Positions 39,721 through 52,970 of a DNA stretch of 64,000 bases are shown here, one piece after another. The notes beneath the pieces are model-generated. The model was not told where the DNA came from, ran no database searches, and saw nothing but the letters and a program-made list of their open reading frames with translations. A program made the position numbers and the translations under genes. The stretch's first letter is position 1, and each line of letters starts with the position of its first letter. Source of the DNA: Octopus sinensis (taxonomy: Eukaryota); NCBI RefSeq assembly GCF_006345805.1, contig NC_042997.1:212164001-212228000 (forward strand). The letters are read 5' to 3'.

Positions 39721-41792
39721 CACAAAAATTCCTCTCCAAATTTCAAATGGAATATATAATTTTCAGAGTGTAAAGATAAAGTTTCTTAGAGTGCACAAAG
39801 AATATTCTTTTAATTTCATTTGCTGGCATTATTTTATACATTCTGAATGGAGTGTGTTGATGTTTATAATCACTGCCAAGTTTTCTACCAACAATGGAAA
39901 ATTCCAAAATAATTATGTGAAAGAGAAATCTATATGTATTGCTGTGTAAAGGATTCAACTCTTGAGCATTTCTGCTGGTCATATCTGGCCCAAATATTCC
40001 ACCTGTTTTATGTTGGAACCAGCTAGATCCTGTCTCTCACATCTACCCTATTAATGTCATTCGAGAGATGACAGCTAGGGATGGTGCACCTGCCATCTCC
40101 CAATCTCTCATCCTTCTCTTCTTTAACGAGCAAAGGTAGCAGTATCACCTTTATTAATTGGTTATGATTGTTTTTATAACTAGTGGAATTAATTTATTTT
40201 CCATCAGAAAGGTGCATAAAAAAAGAGGGATCATGAAGACAAAAGGTCCCTTTAATTCCACAATCAACAGCAACAACTGGAACACCAACATTAAGAGGTC
40301 AAGAAAATTGAAATCTATGGAGCACACTATACAAGATGAATGTTCAGATACTAGCAGCCACATCTACTACTATACTTTTAGAAATACTAATAAAAGGTTG
40401 AAGAGGAAAATCTAATATGATGTAAGTTTAAAGAACAGGGCTGTAAGCTTCCCAGGAAATTATACTAAATATCATTAGGTCAATTAACAGTTGAAATTTA
40501 ATAAAATACGTATAGATAAAGTAATACATAGATATATGACCCCTAAGGAATGCATATGTTATTAAGTCAATTAGAGTTGAAATTAAATGAAAAGAAGCAA
40601 ATGATTACAGTTCATAGGAATTAAATAAGTGGGGGTTATAACATGTTAAATAATCACAGAGAATGGAAAATTCGTTCATTAATATTGCATAAATTGAGTT
40701 AGCTAAATGGAATTATCTTTAAATGTTTTATTGAACTAATAGGAACAATGGATGAATAACTCCTTTCATTAATAAGACCTGACTTATACCTTAAGATTTC
40801 TAATGCTTCTATGGAATGAAAATTCCAACTATCCCATCCCCTTTGAATGGAAGTGTGATATGTATAATTGTCCCATTCTTGAGATTCTAGATAAATTTGG
40901 CTAATGATGTGCTATGTAATTTTCTTTTGTGCGTGTTTAAAAATAAAACTAAATGTAACAATGTATGTATACACTTTTAAAGATAGAGCTCAATATATTG
41001 TGTATATAGTCAGAGAGACAGAATTACAATAATGTATACAGTTTTAAATGGCTAATGTATCTCTACAGCGATAGAAAAGGACTTAAACCAAATAATTTAT
41101 CTGATAAGGTAGACCAAAGAAATACACAGTGTTGATATAATAGATGACAGAGCGTTATCATTGAAGTGGACAATGCCAACACACTATGGTGTATTTGTTG
41201 CAATAGAAATCTATGATAAGTGGTGATCTTATGTGGCTTTTAGACAGCTGTTTAAGATAGAATATCTTCAAATGTAAGTCAAAGCAACTATGATACAGAT
41301 GTAGTTTAGGTGATTATTAGTGCAGTCTTGAATTTATTCTACATAACAAGAACAATATTAACATTTAACCAATTCAGTTTGTTGTTTGAATATCTTGGTC
41401 AGAAGAGGAAGGGGTGGCAGGGGTGGGGGAACAGTGCCAATAACCTTTTTCAGGATCACCACAGGCAATGGTGTTAAACTGAGTGACAACAGAATGGTAT
41501 TAAATTAGATGTTGTATGGAGTGAATCTGGCCTTTAGTGGGCATGGAAGATAACTCTGGACATATTTCAACCCAATTAAACCTTTTCTGTGGGACAGAAA
41601 TAAACAGTTTTCAGCTTTTCAATACTAACATTGATTTTTCAGAGCACATCTATGTATCAGATCTTTCAATATATGTACACAGGCTAGTTGTGTACTTTAT
41701 ACAGAGCCTAATAATAATAATAATAATATAATAATAATAATAATTATTATTATTATTATCATAATAATAATTGTAATAATAATTACAATATC

Positions 41793-42165
41793 AAAACTGC
41801 CGACAAGTGGTATAATCACCACCCTGAGGCTGTAACTGAAGGAGAAAATGTAACCATTCTGTGGGACTTTCCAGTACATACAGACCGAATCATCAAGGCC
41901 AATAAACCAGATATTGTTGTGAAAGACCAAAACAATAAAGTTTGCTTATTGATCGACATGAGCATCCCCTGTGATCATAATATCTCAGCGAAAGAGTTTG
42001 ACAAGCTCAGAAAATATAAAGACCTACACATTGAAAAAAAAAAAAAAATGAACGAACTATTGAGTTTGGTTTAATGGCCTACCAATGTATACTTTGAGTT
42101 TCTTTGCCCTAGGAGTCGGGCATACTCAGCAAGAAATGGAAACAAATTTGAAAGAAGAAAAAAAA

Positions 42166-42168
<3 letters not shown>
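41793..42168 (+). mobile_element. R2-superfamily (R4/Dong-like) non-LTR element 3' fragment with restriction-like endonuclease
   Basis: 41793-42035 translates without stops as KWYNHHPEAVTEGENVTILWDFPVHTDRIIKANKPDIVVKDQNNKVCLLIDMSIP...KEFDKLRKYKDL (PD-D/ExK-type). Flanked by (TAA)n on both sides. Confidence 0.88.
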
Positions 42169-42198
<30 letters not shown>

Positions 42199-43064
42199 GT
42201 AGTTGTCTAATGTCCATGCTGCATGAGTTCAATGCTCTGACTGTATCTGATGGTTCCAAGGGACTGCAACATACTCCAATGTCTGCTTTGGCATAGATTT
42301 TTATAGCGGGATGCCTTTATAGATTTATAGCTGGATGTCAACCACTGGTATTTGTGAGGACATCATGCAGCTCACAAGACTATGAAACCTGAGGTGGAGA
42401 CAGCTTTATAAAAGAAGCTGGCACATCCAATTACTAAGTTTTTAAATACTGGACTAAACTTTGAACTTTTGACCTTTATACTGTCAAAGCGAAGGATTAA
42501 ACCCAATAAACCTGAAAAGAACTAAAACTACTGGCACACCCTAGACTTACATTTTAAGTCTAGGAACCACTTTTGTGAACCCCTAACAACAATCCCATGA
42601 CCTGAAGTGGACACACATAAATAGACAAACCTGTTTATAAAGTTTATACACATTGAATAAATTCTAAACAATCAGGGTTAGGGTTATTAACCCTAAACAA
42701 TAACATTCTAAACAATAAGAACTTCTGCAAAACACCTCTCTGCTACATCCCACCCCACAACCTAATTACCCTCCACGCAAACCCACACACCAAAGGAAGA
42801 TTTTTAACTCAACAGTGACTATATAAAGCCAAGATTAACTTCAATGCATCACAGTCCAAAACTCTGATATCACTGCCAATGATATTATTGTTAAATAATA
42901 ATAAATCTGTATTCTACAGAATATAGAGTTACCAATCAGATTAATGTAAAATTGTTTATATTATAACTGAACTTTGAAGTAAACGTTAAGATATGTGTGT
43001 GTGTGTGAAAGTAGTGTATATCCTACATTTGGCATCAGAGCAACTGAGGCATCACATTCTAGTC

Positions 43065-43470
43065 CTATGGTGTGGCTGTGTTTACAAATATATTTCCCGC
43101 CTACCAACCACATGGTTCTGGGTTCAGTCCCACTGCGTGGCATCTTGGGCAAGTGTCTTCTGCTATAGCCTCGGGCCGACCAAAGCCTTGTGAGTGGATT
43201 TGGTAGACGGAAACTGAAAGAAGCCTGTCGTATATATGTATATATATATAAGTGTGTGTGTGTCTGTGTTTGTCCCTCTAGCATTGCTTGACAACCGATG
43301 CTGGTGTGTTTACGTCCCCGTCACTTAGCAGTTCAGCAAAAGAGACAGATAGAATAAGTACTGGGCTTACAGAAGAATAAGTCCTGGGGTCGATTTGCTC
43401 GACTAAAGGCGGTGCTCCAGCATGGCCACAGTCAAATGACTGAAACAAGTAAAAGAGTAAAAGAGTATAT
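43065..43470 (+). mobile_element. tRNA-derived SINE, family A
   Basis: Near-complete copy matching 50287-50730. Confidence 0.9.
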
Positions 43471-43910
43471 GTGAGTGTGTGTGAAAGTAGTGTAAACCCT
43501 ACGTTTGGCAGCAGAGCAACTGAGACATCACATTCTAGTCCTATGGTGTGGCTGTGTTTACAAACATATTTCCCATTCATCATACCTTGTGGAACAACAG
43601 AAAGGAAACGAAAATCAAAGATAGAACAATGGAATTTAATTTTAAAACATGCAGATAATGAATAATAAAGTCAGTGAGGCTGGAAGGTGTTTTAGAAGAG
43701 GTTTGAGAATGGCAAGAAATAAAGGAAATCTTAACAGCATATATGTGTGGGTTTAGGTATGGATGCATGATTCTGCTAACTCACTCACTCTTCATGTATG
43801 TGTGTGTGTGTATCTGTGTGTGTATGTGTGTATGTGTGTATGTATGTGTGTGTGTATATATGTATGTGTGTGTGTATATATGTATGTGTGTGTATGTATG
43901 TATGTATGTC

Positions 43911-45665
43911 ATCATCATCATCATCATCATCGTTTAGCGTCCGTTTTCCATGCTAGCATGGGTTGGACGGTTCTACTGGGGTCTGTGAAGCCAGAAGGCT
44001 TCATCAGGCCCAGTCAAATCTGGTAGTGTTTCTACGGCTGGATGCCCTTCCTAACGCCAACCACTCCGTGAGTGTAGTGGGTGCTTTTTACGTGCCACCC
44101 GCACTGGTGTCAGACAGAGCTGGCAAACGGCCACGAACGGATGGTGCTTTTTATGTGCCACCGGCACGAGGGCCAGGCAAGGCTGGCAACGGACACGAAA
44201 CGGTGCGGTGCTGGCAACGGTCGCGAAACGGAAAGTTCTCTTACATGCCACCGGCACTGGTAACACATCTGCAATTTCCATTGATCGATTTCGATTCTGA
44301 TCGTCACTTGCCTCAACGGGTCTTCACAGCAGAGTTTTGACATGCCACCGGCACTGGTAGCACATCCGCAATTTCCATTGATCGATTTCGATTCTGATCC
44401 TCACTTGCCTCATCACGTCTTCACAAGTAGAGTTTTGTGTCCCAAGAAGGAAGGTATGCATACGTAGGCTGGCTCCATCCCATGTAGAAGGCCACGGGTT
44501 ATGGACTCACTTGTCCTGCCGGGTCTTCTCGCGCACAGCACACTTCCAGAGGTCTCGGTCTCTAGTCATTTCCTCAGTGAGACCTAAAGTTCGAAGGTCG
44601 TGCTTCACCACCTCGTCCCAGGTTTTCCTGGGTCTGCCTCTTCCACAGGTTCCCTCAACCGCTAGGGTGTGGCACTTTTTCACACAACTATCTTCATCCA
44701 TTCTCGCCACATGACCATACCAGCGCAAACGTCTCTCTTGCACACCACAACTGATGCTTCTTAGGTCCAGCTTTTCTCTCAAGGTACTTACACTCTGCCG
44801 AGTGTGAGTACTGGCATTACACATCCATCGGAGCATACTGGCTTCATTTCTAGCGAGCTTCGCATATCCTCAGCAGTCACGGCCCATGTTTCACTGCCAT
44901 ATAGCATGCTGTTCGTACACACGCATCATACAGTCTGCCTTTCATCTGTGCGAGAGGCCTTTTGTCACCAGCAGAGGTAAGAGCTCTCTGAACTTTGCCC
45001 AAGCTATTCTTACTCTAGCAGTTACACTTTCAGCACACCCGCCCCCGCTGCTGACTTGGTCACCTAGGTAACGGAAACTATCAACTATTTCTAGTTTTTC
45101 TCCCTGGAAAGTGACGGAAGTTGGTCTCAGAGCATTTTCAGTGTTTATTGTTCCTGAGCATCTGCCACATACAAAAACCATCTTCCTAGTTAGCCTTCCT
45201 TTGACATTGCTGCACCTCTTATGTGTCCATAGCTTACACTTGGTGCATCTTATAGAGTTTCTACCTACACCTTTTCTACAGATCAAGCAGGGCCATCTAC
45301 CTGAAGGCGTTTGTGATTGGTCTACCTTCCTACTGATTATGACTTTGGTTTTAGCTAGATTGACTCTGAGGCCCTTCGATTCTAGTCCTTGTTTCCACAC
45401 CTGAAACTTCTCCTCCAGTTCTGATAGCGACTCAGCAATTAGAGCAAGGTCATCAGCATAGAGGAGCTCCCAAGGGCATCCTGTCTTGAATCCCTCCGTT
45501 ATTGCCTGGAGGACTATGATAAATAGGAGGGGGCTGAGTACTGAGCCTTGGTGGACCCCAACCTCTACCCTGAATTCTTCACTGTACACATTTCCAACCC
45601 TCACCCTACTAGCGGCGTCCCTGTACATGGCCCGCACAGCTCTCACTAACCATTCATCTATCCCT
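43911..45665 (-). mobile_element. 5'-truncated RTE-clade LINE (~1.75 kb)
   Basis: Intact LLYADDLAL, Cys/His finger, GRGRPRKTWDEVV, 3' UTR with an internal ~95-bp duplication, (GAT)n tail. Confidence 0.95.
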
Positions 45666-46062
45666 AGTATGTGTGTGTGTGTGTATATATGTATGTGTGT
45701 GTATGTATGTATGTGTGTGTGTGTATGCATGTATGTGTATGTATGTATGTGTGTATGTATGTATGTGTGTATGCATGTATGTGTGTATGCATGTATGTGT
45801 GTGTGCATGTATGTGTGTGTGCATGTATGTATGTGTGTGTATGTATGTATGTATGTGTGTATGCATGTATGTGTGTATGCATGTATGTGTGTATGCATGT
45901 ATGAATGTGTGTATGCATGTATGTGTGTATGTATGTATGTATGCGTGTGTGTATGCATGTGTGTATGTGTGTGTATGTATGTAAGTGCGTGTATGTATGT
46001 ATGTAAGTGCGTGTATGTATGTATGTGTATGCACGCATGTATGTATGTGTGTGTGTATGTGT
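45666..46062. repeat. (TG)n/(TATG)n/(TGCATG) compound microsatellite
   Basis: Directly visible; abuts the 5' truncation point of the RTE. Confidence 0.95.
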
Positions 46063-46148
46063 GTTTTAAGACAGAATGTAAATATGCCATTTTTCAGCTG
46101 GGAAGATAAGAAGGTAATCAATAACTGGTAATGGAAAAAAGAGACCAT

Positions 46149-46180
<32 letters not shown>

Positions 46181-46849
46181 CACAAGACAAACTGCTTTTA
46201 TCGGTAAGAAGGTGGAGTCCATTAGAAGGAGAAGAAGGAGAAGCAGTGGCAAATGGTATTTTAGCATTGCTACCAGTATATATTCTTAGCAGTACAACAA
46301 TATCAATATAGAACTTAGACATTAGTGGCTGTCTTGTTTGCTAATTGTGTTATACTTCCCTGTTGTAGAAGAAACACAGGAAAAAAGAGAGAGAGAGAGG
46401 GGGGTGCTTTATTCATGGCAGTTGAAATCTTCACAACTGCGTTCCATTGATAATTGAAAATGTGATTGATACCAGTTAAATATGAGAGTCAAAGTACAAT
46501 GACAATTAAGCATTCGTTGCAATAATAAGACACAGGCCAGACTGGTTGACAGCCAAAGTCTGTAAATGTTACATGAAACAACGACACAAGGCAATATTCT
46601 AATTCAAAAAATACAGACATACATCTCACCATTGTCATTGTTTAATGTTTACTTTTCCATGTTTGCATGGATCAGGCAGAATCTGTTAAGGCAGATTTCC
46701 TATGACGGGATGCCCTTCCTGTCACCAATCCTCGCTTATGGCCAGACATGGTTTTCATGGAAGACTAGAAACAAACAACCTCACTTGTATCATAGTGATG
46801 CTCGCTTACATCATGAAATGTCTAGACAAGGTACACACACACACACACA

Positions 46850-47010
46850 GAGATAGCCATAAGACAGGCTTCTTTCAGCTTCTGTCAACCAGAGCCATTC
46901 CCAAGGCTTTGTTCAGCTGAGAGCCATGGTAGAAGACATTTGCCCAAGGTACCACACAGCGGGAATGAACCGGAGACTTCATGTTTGGGAAGAAAGCTCC
47001 TTCACCACAC
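46850..47010 (-). mobile_element. SINE family A head fragment (diverged)
   Basis: Reverse complement gives GGCTGTGTGGTGAAGGAGC...GGGCAAATGTCTTCT. Confidence 0.7.
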
Positions 47011-48282
47011 AGCCACACTTGCACAGAATAATAAAGGACAAAATATTGTTAGAAGAGAGAAGAAAGGTAAGAAACTTGGAAGCATTCTGTGAGGTGAGAA
47101 GAGACAGAGAGACAGACCAAAGAAGGAGAGCTTTCGGAAAAAGACATCATGCATTAGACATTCCGACAGGGATACAATCTACAATCTACAGATAGTTGGA
47201 TTGGAAACGGATTACCATGTCCATTCTTCATGAAATGTTCATGTAGGTCTCAGGTTTCCAGCAACAATGGGAAACAGGGAGGGTTGGTAAAGCTAGTGTA
47301 GCAGAAAGACAAACATTGGTGGTTGCACTTTAAAATAAGCCAGATTATTATATTGAATAGAAAGACAAACTAATTTGAATATCTGAGGACTTCTATGTTA
47401 ATACTTTTCAAAAGACTTCAGATATAACAACACATTTCTAAAGAAGTTACTGGGTTCAAAAGTAACTGAGCTGTTAAATTCTATAATTATTTACAACAAT
47501 CAGTCATTTATTGATTGGAGGGTATTGATCGATCATTATATCTACTTTACAGAGAAATACTTTTAGTTTTACCATGTTGCTGAAGAGGTCACAAATGGCA
47601 ATGAAGGGATTTTGGCAAACACAACAGACTGATTGATAAACCAAATGATTAATCAAACAACTGATTAGTTGGTAGATTAAATTACTAAGCAATTGACCCC
47701 CCAAAAATAAAGAAGTGAAACAGAAACAGTGTGTGTGTTTAATATTGGCATACTGACCCTCCCAAGATAAGTATCGTGTGTGTGTGTGTGATCAGTAAAT
47801 CATAAATCTGAAAGAGGAGCACACTAAGTTATAGAGTAATTAAATATAGTTATGACCAGTTTATGAGGTTACCCTAGGTCCCATGTCCATAAAGCATTTA
47901 GTTTTACAATGTTACTTCAGGCCCTAAAGGCCCGTGGCCAATAACCTCTATTCAAAGTGGAGGGAGAAAAGACCTTGTAGCTACTTGTTGAACACTTGGA
48001 CAAAGGGTTAAGCACAAGGGGCTGTCGGCCTTAGACTGCTACCCATAATTGACGTGGTCTGCTTGTGGATTCCAGGACTTCAGTGGGAATCTTTTGAAAT
48101 ATTAGCAGGGTCTGAAGACTTCCATTCAGGAATTTAAGATGTTCCCTGGATTGAGGGAGTTCTTTAATATTTTTGCCTGATCAGTTATGCACAGCTTGCA
48201 ATGCTTGCTCCTGTTGATGTAGGGGCCGGGTTTTTCAAGGATTTTCCATAAGATTACGTGTGTGTATATACATACATCATCA

Positions 48283-48990
48283 CCGTTTAACATCCGTTTT
48301 CCATGCTAGCATGGGTTGGATGGCTCGACCAGGGTCTGGGAAGCCAGGAGGCTGCACCAGGCTCCAGTCTGATCTGGCAGTGTTTCTACAGCTGGATGCC
48401 CTTCCTAACGCCAACCACTCCATGAGTGTAGTAGGTGCTTTTTATGTGCCACCAGCACAGGTGCCAGGGGAGGCTGGCAACGGCTACATACATATATATA
48501 TACACACACACACATGAATGGGTGTTGTAAAGTTCCAGGCTTTAGGTAAAAGAAAATAAAGGAGGAATAGTTAATTATGATTTTATTCAACATATTCCGC
48601 TCTCAGATTCACACACTTATTGCAGCAGTCCTTCAGTTTTTCTAAGTTTTATAAAAGAACTCAGAAGGTTGGGCCTTCCAACCAAGCCTTTTGGTGATAC
48701 CCTTAAAGCCAGGAGCTTTCCAATACCCCTCATATAGACAGAGAGACAGATAAGACTGCTAGAGATTCCATCATTTGCTAGGATACAGTGGAATATATAT
48801 ATATCATCATCATCATCATCATTTAGCGTCCGCTTTCCATGCTAGCATGGGTAGGACGGTTCAACTGGGGTCTGTGAAGCCGGAAGGCCGCATCAGGCCC
48901 AGTCTGATCTGGCAGTGTTTCTAGGGCTGGATGCCCTTCCTAATGCCAACCACTCCGTGAGTGTAGTGGGTGCTTTTTACGTGCCACCCG
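48283..48990 (-). mobile_element. Two separate RTE 3'-end copies (48283-48490 and 48803-48990)
   Basis: Both show the (CAT)n tail, CCATGCTAGCATGG and the core. Confidence 0.85.
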
Positions 48991-49009
48991 CACATATATA
49001 TATATATGC

Positions 49010-49840
49010 AAGAATAAGAATAACCTGAGAAAAAGTTCAGAGAGCTCTTACCTCTGCTGGTGACAAAGGGCCTCTTGTTCAGAGTAAAAGGTAGACTGTA
49101 TGACACGTGTGTGAACAGCCATGCTACATGGCAATGAAACATGGGCCGTGACTGCTGAGAACATGTGTAAGCTTGCAAGGACTGAAGCTAGTATGGTCCA
49201 CTGGATGTGTAATGCCAGTGTAAGCAAACCGAGAGAAAAGTTGGACACAAGAAGCATCAGAGGTGGTGTACAAGAGAGAAGACTGTGCTGGTATGGTTAT
49301 GTGTTGTGTATGGATGAGGACAGCTGTGTGAAAAAGTGTCACACCCTAACAGTGGAGGGAACCTGTGGAAGAGGTAAACCCAGGAAGACCTGGGATGAAG
49401 TGGTGAAGCATGACCTTCGAGTGTTGAACTTCACAGAAGCAATGACAAGTGACCAAGACCTTTGGAGATATGCTGCGCTTGAGAAGACCCAGCAAGCCAA
49501 GTGAGACTATGACCATGACCTATGCCAGTGTAGCATAACTGACCCATTTAAGAGTACCCTTCAATCATTGGGCAATAAGCTGTCCTTGAAAAGGCCTGTT
49601 GAGTCAAGTGAAATCATTGTCGTGGCTGATGTCAGTACTGCTTGACTGGCACCCATGCCGGTGGCACGTAAAAAGCACCCACTTGCAGTGGTTGGCATTA
49701 GAAAGGGCATCCAGTTGTAGAAACACTGCCAGATCAGACCGGAGCCTGGTGCAGCATTCTGGTTTGCCAGCTCCCAGTCAAATCATCCAACCCATGCCAG
49801 CATGGAAAGTGGACGCTAAACGACGATGATGATGTTGATG
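49010..49840 (+). mobile_element. 5'-truncated RTE LINE (ORF C-terminus plus shortened 3' UTR)
   Basis: MLHGNETWAVTAE...EGTCGRGKPRKTWDEVVKHDL...; (GAT)n tail at ~49825. Confidence 0.92.
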
Positions 49841-50286
49841 ATATATATATATATATATATCATCATTGTCGTTTAATGTCCGCTTTCTATGCTGGCATGG
49901 GTTGGACGATTTGACTGAGGGCTGGCTCGCCAGATGGCTGCACCAGATTGGAGCCTGGTGTAGCCATCTGGCTCGCCAGTCGTCAGTCAATATATATATA
50001 TAGGGTACAATGGATGATATAGAAACTGAATACAACAATGGTGATAGATGTACTTAGTGTGTATATCTATTTATCTATTGATATATATATATATATATAT
50101 AAAGCACCGTCCGAGCGTTGTGCCTCATGGAGGTAATGTGGCTGATGCCAGCATCATGTAACTGGTACCTGTTACACAATTGGAGTGGTTGGTGTTAGGA
50201 AGCCCACTCAGCTCCTCAGTTTACCAGCCCTGGTCAAACCATCCAGCCTATGCCAGCATCGACAAAAGACGTTAAATGATGATGAT

Positions 50287-50459
50287 TAGGCGCAGGAGTG
50301 GCTGTGTGGTAAGTAGCTTGCTAACCAACCACATGGTTCCGGGTTCAGTCCCACTGCGTAGCATCTTGGGCAAGTGTCTTCTGCTATAGCCCTGGGCCGA
50401 CCAATGCCTTGTGAGTGGATTTGATAGATGGAAACTGAAAGAAGCCTGTCGAATATATG

Positions 50460-50502
<43 letters not shown>

Positions 50503-50728
50503 GGATGTGTGTATATGTGTTTGTGTGTCTGTGTTTGTCCCCCTAGCATTGCTTGACAACCGATGGTGGTGTGTTTACGTCCGCGTCACTTAGCGGTTCG
50601 GTAAAAGAGACCGATAGAATAAGTACTGGGCTTACAAAGAATAAATCCCGGGGTCAATTTGCTCAACTAAAGGTGGTGCTCAAGCATGGCCGCAGTCAAA
50701 TGACTGAAACAAGTAAAAGAGTAAAGAG

Positions 50729-50730
<2 letters not shown>
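50287..50730 (+). mobile_element. tRNA-derived SINE, family A (best copy)
   Basis: AGGCGCAGGAGTGGCTGTGTGGTAAG, GGGTTCAGTCCC, internal (TA)n, 3' CAAGCATGGCCGCAGTCAAATGACTGAAAC and GTAAAAGA repeats. Confidence 0.9.
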
Positions 50731-50803
<73 letters not shown>

Positions 50804-50814
50804 TAGATAGATAT

Positions 50815-50864
<50 letters not shown>

Positions 50865-50865
50865 G
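50724..50865. repeat. (GA)n microsatellite
   Basis: Directly visible. Confidence 0.95.
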
Positions 50866-52380
50866 TAAATAGTAAATGAGAAACGAGAGCAAACTGAATT
50901 GATCAGTTAATTAAATCTGGCAGCTGGATAGAGGTGGCATCTTCTGAAGGTTAACAGTTATTTAAGGAGTGGAAGAACTGGGACTGCACAGAGAAGAAAG
51001 TTAGATTTTCTAATGATGAAGTAAAGAACTGTGCAGTGCCAAGCAGAAGACCATTGCATCACACAATGTTTTTTTCACTTGTTGAAATCCACAGACGAAA
51101 AAAATAGCAACTTTATGTAATTTTAGAAATAGGAAGAATATGAAGTTTCTAAATTACATTTTGGAACTGGAAAGTCCTGTAATGAATAGTGACAGTGGTA
51201 TTTTCGGCTAAAAGTTATTCATGAAAGAGTAAGTACGGTGAAATGGTTGATTACTACTGCCAGGCCATTAGGCCTATACTTGGGTGCCGACTGTAGACCT
51301 TCCATAAGAAATATTTAACAGTTTACTAATATCCAAATCTTCTTCATGTTCCTCAGTCTTATCAGCATTAGCTTCACTTTTCCAACAACCAATTCTGAAT
51401 AAATCAATACCCAGTGGACTCTGGGCCATGTTCTATCTTTGGAAAGAATCCTAGCAGGTCTTTACGTATGACAAGAGATAAAAGTAGCAGCGAAATTTCA
51501 TTCGTATAACATCCTTACATCTTTAAAGTGAAGGTAACATTGGATGTGTACTGTTGAATATGGTTTGTAGGCATAACAGATGGTGTGTTCACTTTTGAAA
51601 GATTGGTTTGATCATAGGTTTACTGGATCAAAGTCTGTTTAATTATTTGAAATCTAATTGCATTTAATTAATAAATTTCACAAAGTATTTCCCCGAAATA
51701 CATAAGAGTCAATAGGAAGGAATAAAGCGTTTAAGATCCTTGAGGATTAAGGGAAGAGAGCCAGGGGTGACCAGGTTCAAAGGGTACAGTCATGTACATA
51801 TGTATGTTTATTTATATATGTATTTGCATGCATGTGCACAGACACAGCCATGCACGTGTGTCTCTTGTTTTGGGATAGTTGTAAATGAGTGTCACTACCA
51901 TATAAACATCATCATCGTTGTTAATTTCCAATCTTTCACAGAAACATGACCAGCAATGGATAAATATCCTTTTTGGAAATAGGTGAGTGTTGGTGACAGG
52001 ACAGGCATCCTGCCATACAAAACATGCCTCATGCACACACAATCGTTTTGTGGAAGCGATATTTGTGATGAAGTGTGTTTTGGTTTACCTCTCGTGAAAA
52101 TATCTTTGTCTTTGTAAATGTATATTTGAACATTTCTTTGAACAAACTGTAAGATGAGTGTGAGTTCAAATTTTGCCACCAGTGGTTCATGTCAGGTCTG
52201 AAGAATCACTAAATGATGACAGTTTAAACATAAAGCGTACGTGTGGCTTGAAGAGTACAATCATGAGAAGAAAAGTGTCAGAAGCCAGGGACAGAATCAG
52301 CTTTTCATAACCTCATAATTTCTATTAAGTATTCTTTGTGTCTGTATATTATATTTTGCATTAAATGTAAATGTGAGTGT

Positions 52381-52496
52381 GTGGATGGGTGGAAGGATGG
52401 ATCAGAAGATGGATAGATGGGTGGATGGATGGATCAGAAGATGGATAGATGGGTGGATGGATGGATCAGAAGATGGATAGATGGGTGGATGGATGG
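52381..52496. repeat. 32-bp minisatellite, about 3.5 copies
   Basis: ATGGATAGATGGGTGGATGGATGGATCAGAAG repeated. Confidence 0.9.
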
Positions 52497-52569
52497 GAAC
52501 ATAGAAGATAAAAACATTATGAGGTAGATGAATTAAGGGATACTTAAATAGGTAGACAAACATGCATAC

Positions 52570-52970
52570 ACATCATCATCATCATCCTCATCATTTAACG
52601 TCCACTTTCCATGCTAGCTTGGGTTGGACGATTTGATTGAGGACTGGCAAACCAGATGGCTGCATCAGGCTCCAATCTTGATCTGGCAGAGTTTCTACAG
52701 CTGGATGCCCTTCCTAACGCCAACCACACCGTGAGTGTAGTGGGTGCTTTTAACGTGTACTGGCACGGGGGCCAGTCAGGCGGTACTGTCAATGACCTCG
52801 CTCGAATCTTTTTACACATGCCACTGGCACAGGTGCCAGTAAGGCAACGTTGATAACGATCATGCTCGAATGGTGCCCTTTTATATGCCACGGCACAGGG
52901 GCCAGTCAGGCGGTACTGGCAATGACCTTGCTCAAATCTTTTTACACATGCCACCGGCACAGGTGCCAAG
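52570..52970 (-). mobile_element. RTE 3' UTR copy
   Basis: Tail, core and three repeat units. Confidence 0.9.

Noticed and set aside
42670-42700. AGGGTTAGGGTT telomere-like motif
   Set aside because: Only two units; not an interstitial telomere array.
51290-51445. Minus-strand 51-aa ORF MAQSPLGIDLFRIGCWKSE...
   Set aside because: Short, weak splice context, no recognised homology; possibly repeat-derived.
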